Shown here one piece after another: positions 11,638 through 22,346 of a stretch of DNA of 64,000 bases (position 1 is the stretch's first letter; the number at the start of each line of letters is the position of its first letter). A model generated the notes under the pieces. That model worked only from the letters and a program-made list of their open reading frames with translations, ran no database searches and was not told where the DNA came from. This stretch comes from Candidatus Latescibacterota bacterium (lineage in GTDB: Bacteria > Latescibacterota > UBA2968 > GCA-2709665): the NCBI GenBank assembly GCA_965222075.1, contig OZ244937.1, positions 352,001 to 416,000 on the forward strand. Reading direction: 5' to 3'. Made by a program: the position numbers and the translations under genes.

Positions 11638-13407
11638 ATGTCTGAAGATAAGGATCAGGACATCCAGGTGGCGGAGGTGTCGAACCTGACCGCACGGAAG
11701 TTGAAGGAGCGGTTTGGGGAGGAGATTGTGGAGGTGGTGGAATCCGGCGATGAGTGTACGGCGGTGTGCAAGAAGGAGAAGATGACGGAGATTCTGACCT
11801 TTTTGCGGGCCGAGCCGGATCTGGCCTACGACCGGTTGACCGATGTGACGGCGGTGGACTACTCCGAATATATGAATCAGATACCTCCCGTGCGGTTTAA
11901 CGTGGTCTACCACCTCTACTCCCATCCGCGCAATCACCGCTTCCGGGTGAGGGCGCAGGTGGACGAGGAGGAGTGCAGCATCGCGTCGGCGTGTCCTGTG
12001 TGGGTGGGGGCCGAGTGGCCGGAGCGCGAAGCCTACGATATGTTCGGCATTCGGTTCGAGGGGCATCCGGACCTGCGGCGCATCCTGATGCCGGTCAACT
12101 TCAAGTATTATCCGCTTCGCAAAGACTATCCCCTCCAGGGGAAGGGGGAACGGGACGTGATTGCGCCTGAAGACCCGGGGTTTGAGGGGTCCCCCTTTTC
12201 GGATGAAGCCGAGGCGGAGGGGGACGATCCGATCGCGTCGGAGCGGATGGTGTTGAATCTGGGGCCGCAGCATCCGGCGACCCACGGCACGCTTCGGCTG
12301 ACTTTAGAGTTAGACGGGGAACGGCTTGTCAGGTGTATTCCGGATATCGGCTATCTGCATACCGGCTTTGAGAAACTGGGCGAACACCATACATATAACC
12401 AGTGGGTGACCGTTACCGACCGGATGAACTATCTCTCGCCCCTGTCCAACAATATTGGGTACGCGCTGGCGGTGGAGCAGCTGATGGGACTGGAGGTGCC
12501 TCCCAGGGCCTCCACTGTCCGGGTGATCCTGGCGGAGCTGTCCAGGCTTGCCGACCACCTGGTCTGGCTGGGGACGCATGCGCTGGATATCGGGGCGATG
12601 ACGGTTTTTCTGTATACGTTCGAGCAACGGGAATGGCTTTACAATATTTTCGAGGCGGTCACCGGGGCCCGGCTGACGACCAGTTACACACGTATCGGCG
12701 GGTTGGGGTGGGATGTGCCGGAGAACTTCCGCGAGATTGTGCTCGATTTTACCGGCCAGTTTCCACCAGCGATGGACGAGGTGGACAGGCTGCTGACGCG
12801 CAACCGGATCTGGATTGACCGGACGAAGGGGATCGGGGTGATCTCGGCCGAAGAGGCGATTGCGTGGAATATGACCGGGCCTATGCTGCGGGGGTCGGGG
12901 GTGGATTACGACCTGCGCAAGGCCGAGCCTTATTTGGGTTACGAGGAGTTCGACTTCGAGATTCCGGTGGGGGAAAGCGGGGATGTGTACGACCGGTACC
13001 TGGTGCGGATGGAAGAGATGAGGCAGAGCACCCGAATTATCGAGCAGGCGGTGAACCGCTTGCCCGACGGTCCGGTGAAGGTGGACGATGCGAAGGTGAT
13101 TCTGCCGGAGAAGGATGCGGTTTATACCGGGATGGAGTCCCTGATCCACCACTTTAAGGTCACCATGGACGAGCACGGGCTGACGCCGCCGCCGGGAGAG
13201 GCCTATGTGGCGACCGAGTCGCCTAACGGGGAACTGGGATTTTATGTTGTGAGCGACGGGAGCGGGTACGCCTACCGGCTGCGGGTGCGCCCCCCCTCGT
13301 TTATGAATTACCAGGCCTTCCCGCAAATGGTAGAGGGGCATATGGTGGCAGATGTGGTGGCGACGCTGGGGAGCATCAACGTGATTGCGGGGGAATTGGA
13401 TCGATAA
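11638..13407 (+). CDS. nuoCD: NADH-quinone oxidoreductase fused subunit C/D
   Basis: NuoC EREAYDMFGIRFEGHPDLRRIL fused to NuoD LNLGPQHPATHG, GYLHTG, C-terminal GELDR. Confidence 0.95.
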   Translation: MSEDKDQDIQVAEVSNLTARKLKERFGEEIVEVVESGDECTAVCKKEKMTEILTFLRAEPDLAYDRLTDVTAVDYSEYMNQIPPVRFNVVYHLYSHPRNHRFRVRAQVDEEECSIASACPVWVGAEWPEREAYDMFGIRFEGHPDLRRILMPVNFKYYPLRKDYPLQGKGERDVIAPEDPGFEGSPFSDEAEAEGDDPIASERMVLNLGPQHPATHGTLRLTLELDGERLVRCIPDIGYLHTGFEKLGEHHTYNQWVTVTDRMNYLSPLSNNIGYALAVEQLMGLEVPPRASTVRVILAELSRLADHLVWLGTHALDIGAMTVFLYTFEQREWLYNIFEAVTGARLTTSYTRIGGLGWDVPENFREIVLDFTGQFPPAMDEVDRLLTRNRIWIDRTKGIGVISAEEAIAWNMTGPMLRGSGVDYDLRKAEPYLGYEEFDFEIPVGESGDVYDRYLVRMEEMRQSTRIIEQAVNRLPDGPVKVDDAKVILPEKDAVYTGMESLIHHFKVTMDEHGLTPPPGEAYVATESPNGELGFYVVSDGSGYAYRLRVRPPSFMNYQAFPQMVEGHMVADVVATLGSINVIAGELDR

Positions 13408-13446
13408 AGATGTTTCACGTTTGGCTGCTTTTTATGGGATATCAAG

Positions 13447-13926
13447 ATGGCAGTCGAGTTTTCCGAAGAGACGAAGAAGCAGTGTGAGGAGATTATTGCT
13501 CACTATCCCCAGGACTGGAAGGAGGCGGCGATTCTGCCGGTTCTACACCTGGCCCAGAAGGAGTGGGGGTACATTTCGCTGGAGGGGTTGAAGTACGTCG
13601 CGAATATGCTGGAGATGCCTCCTGCGCGGGCGGCGGGTGTGATGAGTTTCTACCCGATGTTTTACAAGGCCCCTGTGGGGAAATGCGTGATCCAGGTTTG
13701 TAGTACGCTTTCCTGTGCGCTGTGTGGGGCGGAGGAAGTTGTGGACTACCTGAAGGAAAAGCTGAAGGTTGACGTGGGAGAGACTACAGAGGACCAGAAG
13801 TTTACCCTGGCCAAGGTAGAGTGTATCGCGGCGTGCGAGGGGGCGCCGGCGGTTCGGATCAACGATGAACTTCACCGGTACATGACAAAGGAGAAGTTGG
13901 ACCGGCTTCTGCATCATCCGGAATAA
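13447..13926 (+). CDS. nuoE: NADH-quinone oxidoreductase subunit E
   Basis: VCSTLSC and ECIAAC [2Fe-2S] N1a motifs. Confidence 0.93.
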   Translation: MAVEFSEETKKQCEEIIAHYPQDWKEAAILPVLHLAQKEWGYISLEGLKYVANMLEMPPARAAGVMSFYPMFYKAPVGKCVIQVCSTLSCALCGAEEVVDYLKEKLKVDVGETTEDQKFTLAKVECIAACEGAPAVRINDELHRYMTKEKLDRLLHHPE

Positions 13927-13932
13927 CAGACC

Positions 13933-15264
13933 ATGCCCGTAGAAGAATACAAAATTATCACAAAGCTGTTCGGTGTTGAGAACCTCCAGGACATTGAGGT
14001 CTACAAGGCCCACAATGGGTACAAGGCGCTGGAGAAGGCCCTGAAGATGACGCCGGATGAGGCGGTTGAGACGGTGCAGCGTTCAGGGCTGGCGGGGCGG
14101 GGTGGGGCCTGGTTCCCCACAGGGATGAAGTGGGGGTTTATGCCCAAAGCGCCCAGGGTGCCTTCTTACCTCTGCGTAAACGCCGATGAGAGTGAGCCGG
14201 GGACGTTCAAGGACCGGCAGCTGCTCAAGGTAGACCCCCATCAGCTCCTGGAAGGGACGATTATCGCGGCGTATGCGATTCGGGCGAGTGTGACTTATAT
14301 CTACATCCGGGGCGAGATGTGGGAGGAGATGGTCCAGATGGACGGGGCGATCGCTCAGGCCCGGGCGGCGGGATATATCGGAAAGAATATTCTCGGGTCG
14401 GGTTACGACCTGGAGGTGTATACGCATCCAGGCGCAGGGGCCTATATCTGCGGGGAGGAGATGGGGCTGATCCAATCCCTGGAAGGGAAACGGGCCGAGC
14501 CGCGTGCAAAACCGCCTTTTCCCGCGCAAAAGGGGGTTTTTGAGTGTCCGACCATTGTGAACAACGTGCAGACGCTTTCCTACGTGCCGCATATTATCAA
14601 CAATGGGGCAGACTGGTTTAAGGGCATCGGGAGTGAGCGGTTTCCCGGGACGTTCATTTTTTGTGTAAGCGGGCATGTGCGAAGGCCGGGGCTGTTTGAG
14701 CTGGAGACGAATGCGGCAACCATGCGGGAGATCATTTACGACCTGGCCGGCGGCCTGTACGAGGGCCGCGAGTTGAAAGCCGTTATTCCGGGGGGGGCCT
14801 CCACCTCGCCGATGACGCCCGACCAGATCGATATTGTGATGGATCCAGCCAATTTTCAGCTCCCCGGCAGGGGTGAGTTCAAGGGGATGTTCGGGACAGG
14901 CGGGGTGATTGTGATGGACGATACGACCTGTATGGTGGATGCGCTGCTGAATCTGATGAACTTTTTCGCCCACGAGTCGTGTGGGCAGTGTACGCCCTGC
15001 CGGGAAGGATGCCCGTGGGCGCGGGATATCCTCTGGCGAATCGAACACGGGCAGGGGCGGGCCGAGGACCTGGATACCCTGGTGGACGTGGCGAATAATG
15101 TCTCGCCCTTCCTGGGGCCCTTTACAACGATCTGTCCGTTCGGGGCGGCGTTTGCGTATCCGATTCACGGATTTATGCAGACCTTCCGCAGCGAGTTTGA
15201 GGCCCATATCGAAGGGGGCGGGTGTCCGATTCGTCAGGACAAATCGATTAAGGTTCCGGGGTGA
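13933..15264 (+). CDS. nuoF: NADH-quinone oxidoreductase subunit F
   Basis: NADESEPGTFKDR, GAYICGEE, ESCGQCTPCREG...IC. Confidence 0.95.
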   Translation: MPVEEYKIITKLFGVENLQDIEVYKAHNGYKALEKALKMTPDEAVETVQRSGLAGRGGAWFPTGMKWGFMPKAPRVPSYLCVNADESEPGTFKDRQLLKVDPHQLLEGTIIAAYAIRASVTYIYIRGEMWEEMVQMDGAIAQARAAGYIGKNILGSGYDLEVYTHPGAGAYICGEEMGLIQSLEGKRAEPRAKPPFPAQKGVFECPTIVNNVQTLSYVPHIINNGADWFKGIGSERFPGTFIFCVSGHVRRPGLFELETNAATMREIIYDLAGGLYEGRELKAVIPGGASTSPMTPDQIDIVMDPANFQLPGRGEFKGMFGTGGVIVMDDTTCMVDALLNLMNFFAHESCGQCTPCREGCPWARDILWRIEHGQGRAEDLDTLVDVANNVSPFLGPFTTICPFGAAFAYPIHGFMQTFRSEFEAHIEGGGCPIRQDKSIKVPG

Positions 15265-15270
15265 TTACCG

Positions 15271-16887
15271 ATGGCGACTTTTACAATAGACGGCAAAGAG
15301 ATCGAGATGGTGCCGGGCAAGGACGTGCTGAAGGCGGCGCTTGACAATGGGATCTACATCCCCCACTACTGCTACCATCCGGGGTTGAGCGCACCTGCGA
15401 ACTGCCGGATGTGTCTGGTGGAGATCGAGGCAGGTGGGAGGCGCGGTCTGATGCCTTCGTGTACGGCGATGCCGGCCGAAGGGATGGTGGTGGAGACGCA
15501 GACGGAGGTGGTGAAGGAGAGTCAGAACGCAGTGATGGAGTTTCTCCTGATCAACCATCCGCTGGACTGTCCGGTGTGCGACCAGTCGGGGGAGTGCGAT
15601 TTGCAGGACTACAGCTACACCTACGGTCCCGACCGAAGCCGGTTTCACGAGGAGAAGTCGGTGCAGCCAAAGAAGGATATCGGCGAACATGTGTTGCTCT
15701 ATTCAGACCGCTGCATCCGGTGTACGCGCTGCATCCGGTTCTGCGATGAGGTTTCCGGGACGGGCGAACTGGGGTATTTCAACCGGGGGGTGCACACCGA
15801 GGTTGATGTGTTCCCGGGAGAGCGGCTGGACAACCGGCTGTCGGGGAATACGGTGGATATCTGTCCGGTGGGCGCGTTGCTGGATAAGCATTTCCTGTTC
15901 AAGCAGCGGGTCTGGTTCCTGAAGGGTGTGGATACGATCTGCCCGGGATGTAGCACGGGGTGCAACATCCGGGCGGATATCAACAAGGAACGGATTTACC
16001 GGCTTGTGCCCCGCGAAAACTTAGCGGTGAACGATTACTGGATGTGCGACGACGGGCGCCACGGATGGGGCTACGTGCACAGCGACGACCGGCTGCTTTT
16101 CCCCCTCATAGGAGGTGGGAAGGAGCCGGATCTGGCGCTGTGGGCAGCGGCGCTTGAGCGTGTGGCGGAAGGGTTTGAACAGATTCGGGAGGACCATGGC
16201 GAGGGGGCTGTTGTGGGAATCGCTTCGGGACATTTGACCAACGAGGAGAATTTCCTTTTCGGGAGGCTGGTCAAGGATGTTCTTAAGGGCACGCAGGTTG
16301 CCCTGCGTTCGAAGGTCGGTTCGGAAGGCGATGTGGTTTTCAAGAGCGGGTTTACCATTCATGCGGATAAGTCGCCCAATACCCGGGGCGCACGCGAGGT
16401 GTTAGAGGGGCTGGGGCTTTCGGTTGTGGATGCGTCCGAGGTCTGGAAGGGCATCCGGGAGGGGCGGATCAAGGCGCTTTACTGCCTGGGAGGAGACCCT
16501 CTGGAGAGCGTGTCGGAAACGGAGCGGGAAGCACTGGGCGCCCTGGTATTTCTGGTGGTTCAGGATATTCTGGCAAACGATCTGACGCGACTGGCCGATG
16601 TGGTGCTGCCCGGTGCGGCGTTTGTTGAAAAAGAGGGGACCTTCACCAACTTTGCCGGCCGGGTGCAGCAGATCCGGCCCGCGTTTGATCCCCCGGGCGA
16701 TGCGCGGGCAGACTGGGAGGTCCTGCGGGATGTGGCCAATGCGCTGGACGGCGGGTTTGAGTACGCAAGCATCCAGGAGGTGATGGGCGGCCTGGCGGAG
16801 AGGGTGAAGGCCTTTGAAGGTATCCACACCGAGGCGGTAGGAGCGCAGGGATGTGCGCTTACAACGGCGGAAACAGCAGAGGCATAG
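15271..16887 (+). CDS. nuoG: NADH-quinone oxidoreductase subunit G (short form)
   Basis: CYHPGL..ANCRMC, HPLDCPVCDQSGEC, CIRCTRC, CPVGAL, CPGCSTGC (N7), EKEGTFTN. Confidence 0.92.
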   Translation: MATFTIDGKEIEMVPGKDVLKAALDNGIYIPHYCYHPGLSAPANCRMCLVEIEAGGRRGLMPSCTAMPAEGMVVETQTEVVKESQNAVMEFLLINHPLDCPVCDQSGECDLQDYSYTYGPDRSRFHEEKSVQPKKDIGEHVLLYSDRCIRCTRCIRFCDEVSGTGELGYFNRGVHTEVDVFPGERLDNRLSGNTVDICPVGALLDKHFLFKQRVWFLKGVDTICPGCSTGCNIRADINKERIYRLVPRENLAVNDYWMCDDGRHGWGYVHSDDRLLFPLIGGGKEPDLALWAAALERVAEGFEQIREDHGEGAVVGIASGHLTNEENFLFGRLVKDVLKGTQVALRSKVGSEGDVVFKSGFTIHADKSPNTRGAREVLEGLGLSVVDASEVWKGIREGRIKALYCLGGDPLESVSETEREALGALVFLVVQDILANDLTRLADVVLPGAAFVEKEGTFTNFAGRVQQIRPAFDPPGDARADWEVLRDVANALDGGFEYASIQEVMGGLAERVKAFEGIHTEAVGAQGCALTTAETAEA

Positions 16888-16893
16888 GGGCAC

Positions 16894-17934
16894 ATGGACT
16901 ACGCGCTTGAGAGCCTGATCAAGGTGGGGGTGGTGATAGGCGTTCTGATAGGGGCAGTGGCCTATCTGGTGCTGGCAGAGCGGAAGGTGAGCGCTTATAT
17001 CCAGAATCGGCTGGGGCCGAACCGGGTGGGACCCTGGGGGCTTTTGCAGCCGATTGCCGACGGGCTCAAGTTCCTGTTCAAGGAGGATGTGATTCCCCAC
17101 CACGTGGACCGGGTGGTCTATCTGGCCGCTCCGCCCGCGATCCTGGTTCCCGCGCTGATGGGGTTTGCGGTGGTGCCGTTTGGGCATACGATCTCCCTTT
17201 TCGGGCGGGAGGTTCAGCTGCAGGTTGCGGATCCGGATATCGGTATTCTCTACATTCTGGCGGTGGCCTCTCTGGGCGTGTACGGGGTCGTGCTGGGGGG
17301 GTGGGCGTCCAACAACAAGTATGCGCTGCTGGGGGGGCTGCGGGCATCGGCACAGATGATCAGTTACGAACTGGCACTGGGTCTGTCGCTGATCGGGGTG
17401 CTGTTGGTGACGGGGTCGCTGCGGTTGAGCGATGTGGTGGCGGCTCAGGCGACACAGACCCTCTTCGAGGTTCTGCCCCGGTGGAATGTGTTTACCCAGC
17501 CTCTGGCGTTTGTGCTTTTTACCGTGTCGGCGTTTGCAGAGAGCAACCGGTTGCCGTTTGACCTGCCCGAATCGGAGCAGGAACTGGTGGCCGGGTATCA
17601 TGCCGAGTACAGCAGTATGAAGTTCGCCATGTTTTACATGGCCGAGTACGCCCATATGATTACCGCTTCGGCGGTGATCGCCACGCTATTTTTCGGGGGC
17701 TGGCACGTGCCCTGGCTGGTGGAGCCGGGCAATACGGGCCTGGGCGCCGGTCTGCTGATGGTGGCGGCATTTACGGTTAAGACGGCGTTTTTCCTGTTTC
17801 TGTTTCTGTGGGTGCGCTGGACTCTGCCCCGTTTTCGTTACGATCAGGTGATGCGGCTGGGATGGAAGGTTTTGCTCCCCCTGGCGCTGGTGAACGTGTT
17901 CGTAACCGGTCTGGTGCTTACCTTAGCCCGATAA
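16894..17934 (+). CDS. nuoH: NADH-quinone oxidoreductase subunit H
   Basis: ERKVSAYIQNRLGPNRVG, QPIADGLK, AESNRLPFDLPE, PRFRYDQ. Confidence 0.97.
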   Translation: MDYALESLIKVGVVIGVLIGAVAYLVLAERKVSAYIQNRLGPNRVGPWGLLQPIADGLKFLFKEDVIPHHVDRVVYLAAPPAILVPALMGFAVVPFGHTISLFGREVQLQVADPDIGILYILAVASLGVYGVVLGGWASNNKYALLGGLRASAQMISYELALGLSLIGVLLVTGSLRLSDVVAAQATQTLFEVLPRWNVFTQPLAFVLFTVSAFAESNRLPFDLPESEQELVAGYHAEYSSMKFAMFYMAEYAHMITASAVIATLFFGGWHVPWLVEPGNTGLGAGLLMVAAFTVKTAFFLFLFLWVRWTLPRFRYDQVMRLGWKVLLPLALVNVFVTGLVLTLAR

Positions 17935-17957
17935 GGACGAACCGGCGGGGAGGGACG

Positions 17958-18474
17958 ATGGAGGCGTTTTCTTCTTTCTGTTTGCTTTTGTTGCCATTGT
18001 TTCGGCCCTTCTTCTGGTCCTGTTCCGGAATCCCGTCTACAGCGCCCTGTCGCTGGTGGCGACCTTTTTCGCCCTGGCAGGGCTTTTTGTTTTGCTGGAC
18101 GCACACTTCCTGGCGGCGGTACAGGTTATTGTGTATGCCGGCGCTATTATGGTCCTGTTTCTGTTTGTGATTATGCTGTTGAACCTGGGACACCCGGAGG
18201 CGTTAGAGCCGGCAGGCGGAACCTACCGGCGGGGTCTCTGTTGTTTTGTTGATGGGTGATTCTGGTGGTCCAGCTGGGGGTTCTGGCAGGGCGGCAGTTG
18301 GGCGCGCCCCCAGGGGCGCCAGAGGAGGAGATGGTCACAAAAAACGTGCACTATATCGGGGAACTGCTCTATACGGATTATCTGTTTCCGTTTGAGGTGG
18401 TCTCGGTGATTCTGCTGGTGGCCCTCATCGGGGTCATTGTGCTGGTGAAGCGGGATAGGCCGGCGCAGAAGTAG
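17958..18474 (+). CDS. nuoJ: NADH-quinone oxidoreductase subunit J (two apparent frameshifts, near 17967-17970 and near 18230-18256; probably sequence errors)
   Basis: Restoring one T in GCGTTTTCTTC gives [31 protein letters not shown], continuing to [20 protein letters not shown]; a later frame has [18 protein letters not shown]. Confidence 0.85.
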
Positions 18475-18500
18475 GGGCAGACTTTAACGTCGAGAAAGCC

Positions 18501-18806
18501 ATGTCAGTACCGGTCTCTTATTACATGATTCTAAGCGCGGTCCTGTTTGCGATCGGGGTGGCGGGGGTGCTTACGCGGCGCAACGTGATCGTGATTTTTA
18601 TGTGCATCGAGTTGATGCTCAACGCGGTGAACCTCCTGTTTGTGGCCTTTGCACGGCATCTGGGCGAGGGGTCCGGACAGGTGTTCGTGTTCTTTGTGAT
18701 GGCGGTTGCGGCCGCAGAGGTAGTGGTGGGGCTGGCGATTATTATTGCGCTGTTTCGGAACCGGGAGACGGTGGATGTGGGAGAGGTGAATCTTTTGAAA
18801 TGGTGA
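18501..18806 (+). CDS. nuoK: NADH-quinone oxidoreductase subunit K
   Basis: [24 protein letters not shown]. Confidence 0.97.
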   Translation: MSVPVSYYMILSAVLFAIGVAGVLTRRNVIVIFMCIELMLNAVNLLFVAFARHLGEGSGQVFVFFVMAVAAAEVVVGLAIIIALFRNRETVDVGEVNLLKW

Positions 18807-18835
18807 GGGAATTGCGGATTTGAGATAGGATCGCG

Positions 18836-20693
18836 ATGCTGACTTCGGTTATTTTGATTATTCTGTTCCCCCTCTTCGGGGCATTTGTGAACGGGCTGTT
18901 CGGGAGCCGTCTGAAGGGGGCGGCCGGGTATGTGGGTACGCTGATGGTGGGGCTTTCGTGGGTGCTGTCGCTGCGGGTGCTGGTGGCGGTGGTGGGCGGC
19001 GAGACGCTCAACGAGGATGTGTATGTGTGGATCGCTTCGGGAACGTTCAAGGCGGCCGTCGGCTTCCAGGTAGATGCGCTTTCGGCGATGATGATTGTGA
19101 CGGTGACGACGGTTTCGTTTTTTATCCACGTCTATTCGTTCGGCTACATGCACGGAGACCGGGGATTCGCGCGGTTTTATACCTATTTGAATCTGTTTGT
19201 TTTTTCGATGCTGGTCCTGGTGCTGGCAAACAATTACCTGTTGATGTTTGTGGGCTGGGAGGGCGTGGGGACTTTGTTCTTATCTGTTGATCGGGTTCTG
19301 GTACGAGAGGAAAGAAGCGTCGGACGCCGGAAAGAAGGCGTTTGTGGTGAACCGGATCGGGGACTTCGGGTTCCTGATCGGGATCTTTTTGATGGTGGTG
19401 CACCTGGGGACGGTGAGCTACGGGGAGGTCTTCGCAAAGGCGGAGACGCTTTCGACGGGTGTGGCCACGGCGATTGCGCTGCTGCTGTTTCTGGGGGCGT
19501 GCGGGAAGTCCGCGCAGTTCCCGCTTTACGTGTGGCTGCCAGATGCAATGGAGGGCCCCACGCCGGTGAGTTCGCTGATCCATGCAGCGACGATGGTGAC
19601 GGCCGGGGTCTACATGGTGGCCCGGTCGCACGTGCTGTATTCGATGTCGCCCACGGCGGGAGCGGTGGTGGCCTGGGTGGGCGTCTTTACGGCGCTTTTG
19701 GCGGCGATGATCGCCCTGGTCAATACGGATATCAAGCGGGTACTGGCCTATTCCACGGTAAGCCAACTGGGCTACATGTTTATCGGTGTGGGCGTGGGGG
19801 CCTACACGGCGGGAATTTTTCATCTGTTCACACACGCATTTTTCAAGGGACTGATGTTTTTGGCGGCGGGCAGCGTGATGCACGCGATGGCCGACGAGCT
19901 GGATATGCGGAAGTTCGGCGGGCTGATGGGGAAGATGAAAATTACGGGCTGGACATTTGTGATCGGGACGGTGGCGATTGCGGGCATCCCGCCGCTTTCC
20001 GGGTTCTGGAGCAAGGACGAGATTCTGGCCGGGGCCTTTCACTCGCAGGTCCCCGGGCATATGCTCCTGTGGGCGCTGGGTGTGATTGGGGCGGTGATGA
20101 CGTCGTTTTACATGTTCCGGCTGATTTTTATGACGTTTTTCGGGTCACCCAGGGACCGGCACCTGTACGACCACGCGCACGAGTCGTCGGCGAACATGAC
20201 GGTCCCGCTGATCGTGCTGGCGATCGGATCGGTGCTTGCCGGCTTTGCCGGCTACCCGATGGGCGACGGGTGGATTAACCATTTTCTGGGGCCGCTGCTG
20301 GAGCCGAAACACGCAGTGCATGAACTCAATCTCGTACTGGTCGGCGTCTCGGTGGCTGCCGGGATCGTGGGGTTTGTGATTGCTCTGCTGATGCATCGGG
20401 CCGGAAATCTGGGGGCCGAGTCGGCCAACCCGCTGCACGGGCTGCTGGAGAACAAGTGGTATGTGGACGAGGTCTACCACACGCTGGTGGTGAGGCCGGT
20501 TCACCGGCTTTCGCTGGGGCTGTGGCATATTTTCGATACGATTGTTGTGGACGGCATCGCCAACGGGCTGGGCTATTTTGTGGTGGGGATCAGCTGGCTC
20601 TCGACCCGGTTCCAGACGGGGCAGGCGCCGACGTACGCGCTGTGGATGACGCTGGGTGTGGTGGTGATACTTTACCTGGTGACCCTGCCTTAG
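18836..20693 (+). CDS. nuoL: NADH-quinone oxidoreductase subunit L (one-base frameshift in G run at ~19267-19270)
   Basis: Frame 1 to MFVGWEGVG, second frame LCSYLLIGFW, KSAQFPLYVWLPDAMEGPTPVS, HAFFK; removing one G joins them. Confidence 0.92.
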
Positions 20694-20735
20694 CGGTCAA
20701 TCGGGGTGCTGGACGCGTTATGGTGAGGCTTTGAA

Positions 20736-22310
20736 ATGGTGTCCGATTTTTTGATTTCGCTTGTGATCTTTATCCCTTTGGTGGGCGCGGTGGTGATTAT
20801 GCTGGCCGGCCGGGGGCGGGACGGTTTTTGCCGGGTATTCGCCCTGCTGGTCTCCCTGATCACCTTTGTGCTGTCGATTTTCCTGTATACGGGTTTCCAG
20901 GCAGATACGCCGAAGATGCAGTTTGTCGTGAAGGTCCCCTGGATCGAGAGTATGGGGATCCGGTATTACGTGGGGATCGACGGGATCAGCCTGCTGCTGG
21001 TTCTGATTACGACGCTGCTGATGTCGGTGTCGATCCTGGCGTCGTGGAAGTCGATTACGGCCCGTGTGCGGGAGTATATGGCCGCGATGCTGCTTTTGGA
21101 GACGGGGATGCTGGGGGTGTTCTGCGCGCTGGATCTGTTTCTCTTTTACGTCTTCTGGGAGGCGATGCTGATCCCGATGTACCTGCTGATCGGGGTCTGG
21201 GGGGGAGAGCGCCGGATCTACGCGACGATCAAGTTCGTGCTCTTTACCCTGGCGGGCAGCCTGCTGATGCTGGTGGCGATTATCTATCTTTATTTTTTGC
21301 ACGGGGGAGAGACGGGGACCTATACGTTCGATCTGCTGGCGCTTTACCGGTTTTCCGTTGCCCGGGATGCGCAGTACTGGCTTTTCCTGGGGTTTTTCCT
21401 GAGTTTCGCAATCAAGGTGCCCCTCTTTCCGTTTCACACCTGGTTGCCGGACGCACACGTGGAGGCGCCTACGGCGGGGAGTGTGATTTTGGCAGGCGTG
21501 CTTTTGAAGATGGGGACCTACGGGTTGATCCGGTTCTGCCTGCCGCTTTTTCCGCTGGCATCGGCCTATTTTACCCCGCACATTATGATGCTGTCGGTGA
21601 TCGGCATCGTGTACGGGGCGCTGGTGGCGATGGTGCAGACCGATGTGAAGAAGCTGGTGGCCTATTCCAGTGTGAGCCACCTGGGGTTTGTGGTGCTGGG
21701 GATTTTTGCGCTGAACGCGCAGGGGATGCAGGGCGGGATTATTCAGATGGTGAACCACGGGCTCTCCACCGGGGCGCTGTTTTTGATTGTGGGGATGATC
21801 TACGAGCGCCGCCACACCCGCCGGATTTCCGATTTCGGAGGACTGGCGCGGACGATTCCGGTCTTTTCCGCTTTTTTTATGATTACGACGCTTTCGTCGA
21901 TCGGGCTGCCCGGGCTGAACGGGTTTGTGGGGGAGTTTCTGATCCTGCTGGGCGTTTTTAAAGCGAATTGGGTTTTCGGGGCGGTCGCCGCTTCGGGGGT
22001 GGTGCTGGCGGCGGTTTACATGCTCTGGATGTTTCAGCGGGTGGTGTGGGGAGAGGTGACCCACAAAGAGAACCGGAATCTGTCCGATCTGTCGGTCCGG
22101 GAGTGGGCCGTGATGGTCCCGCTGGTGGTGCTGATGTTCTGGATCGGCATCTATCCCGGGTCGTTTCTGGACAAAACCGAGGTCTCGGTGAAACACCTGA
22201 TTTCTCAGGTTCAGATCCGCCAGATGGAGGACTCCCGGAAGTCCTTTGCGGATGCCGGGGCATGGGGTAGAGCGCCCCATTTACCCCCCTCCGGGGGGGC
22301 TGACCGGTAA
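20736..22310 (+). CDS. nuoM: NADH-quinone oxidoreductase subunit M
   Basis: FYVFWEAMLIP, PFHTWLPDAHVEAPTAGS, AYSSVSHLG, GFVGEF. Confidence 0.96.
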   Translation: MVSDFLISLVIFIPLVGAVVIMLAGRGRDGFCRVFALLVSLITFVLSIFLYTGFQADTPKMQFVVKVPWIESMGIRYYVGIDGISLLLVLITTLLMSVSILASWKSITARVREYMAAMLLLETGMLGVFCALDLFLFYVFWEAMLIPMYLLIGVWGGERRIYATIKFVLFTLAGSLLMLVAIIYLYFLHGGETGTYTFDLLALYRFSVARDAQYWLFLGFFLSFAIKVPLFPFHTWLPDAHVEAPTAGSVILAGVLLKMGTYGLIRFCLPLFPLASAYFTPHIMMLSVIGIVYGALVAMVQTDVKKLVAYSSVSHLGFVVLGIFALNAQGMQGGIIQMVNHGLSTGALFLIVGMIYERRHTRRISDFGGLARTIPVFSAFFMITTLSSIGLPGLNGFVGEFLILLGVFKANWVFGAVAASGVVLAAVYMLWMFQRVVWGEVTHKENRNLSDLSVREWAVMVPLVVLMFWIGIYPGSFLDKTEVSVKHLISQVQIRQMEDSRKSFADAGAWGRAPHLPPSGGADR

Positions 22311-22346
22311 GAAGCTGTTTTAAAATTCCTGTTCCCGGGAGGCGTC

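Noticed and set aside
17958-19275. Programmed frameshifting in nuoJ/nuoL
   Set aside because: No canonical slippery heptamer or stimulator; single-base indels in short runs are better explained by sequencing error.
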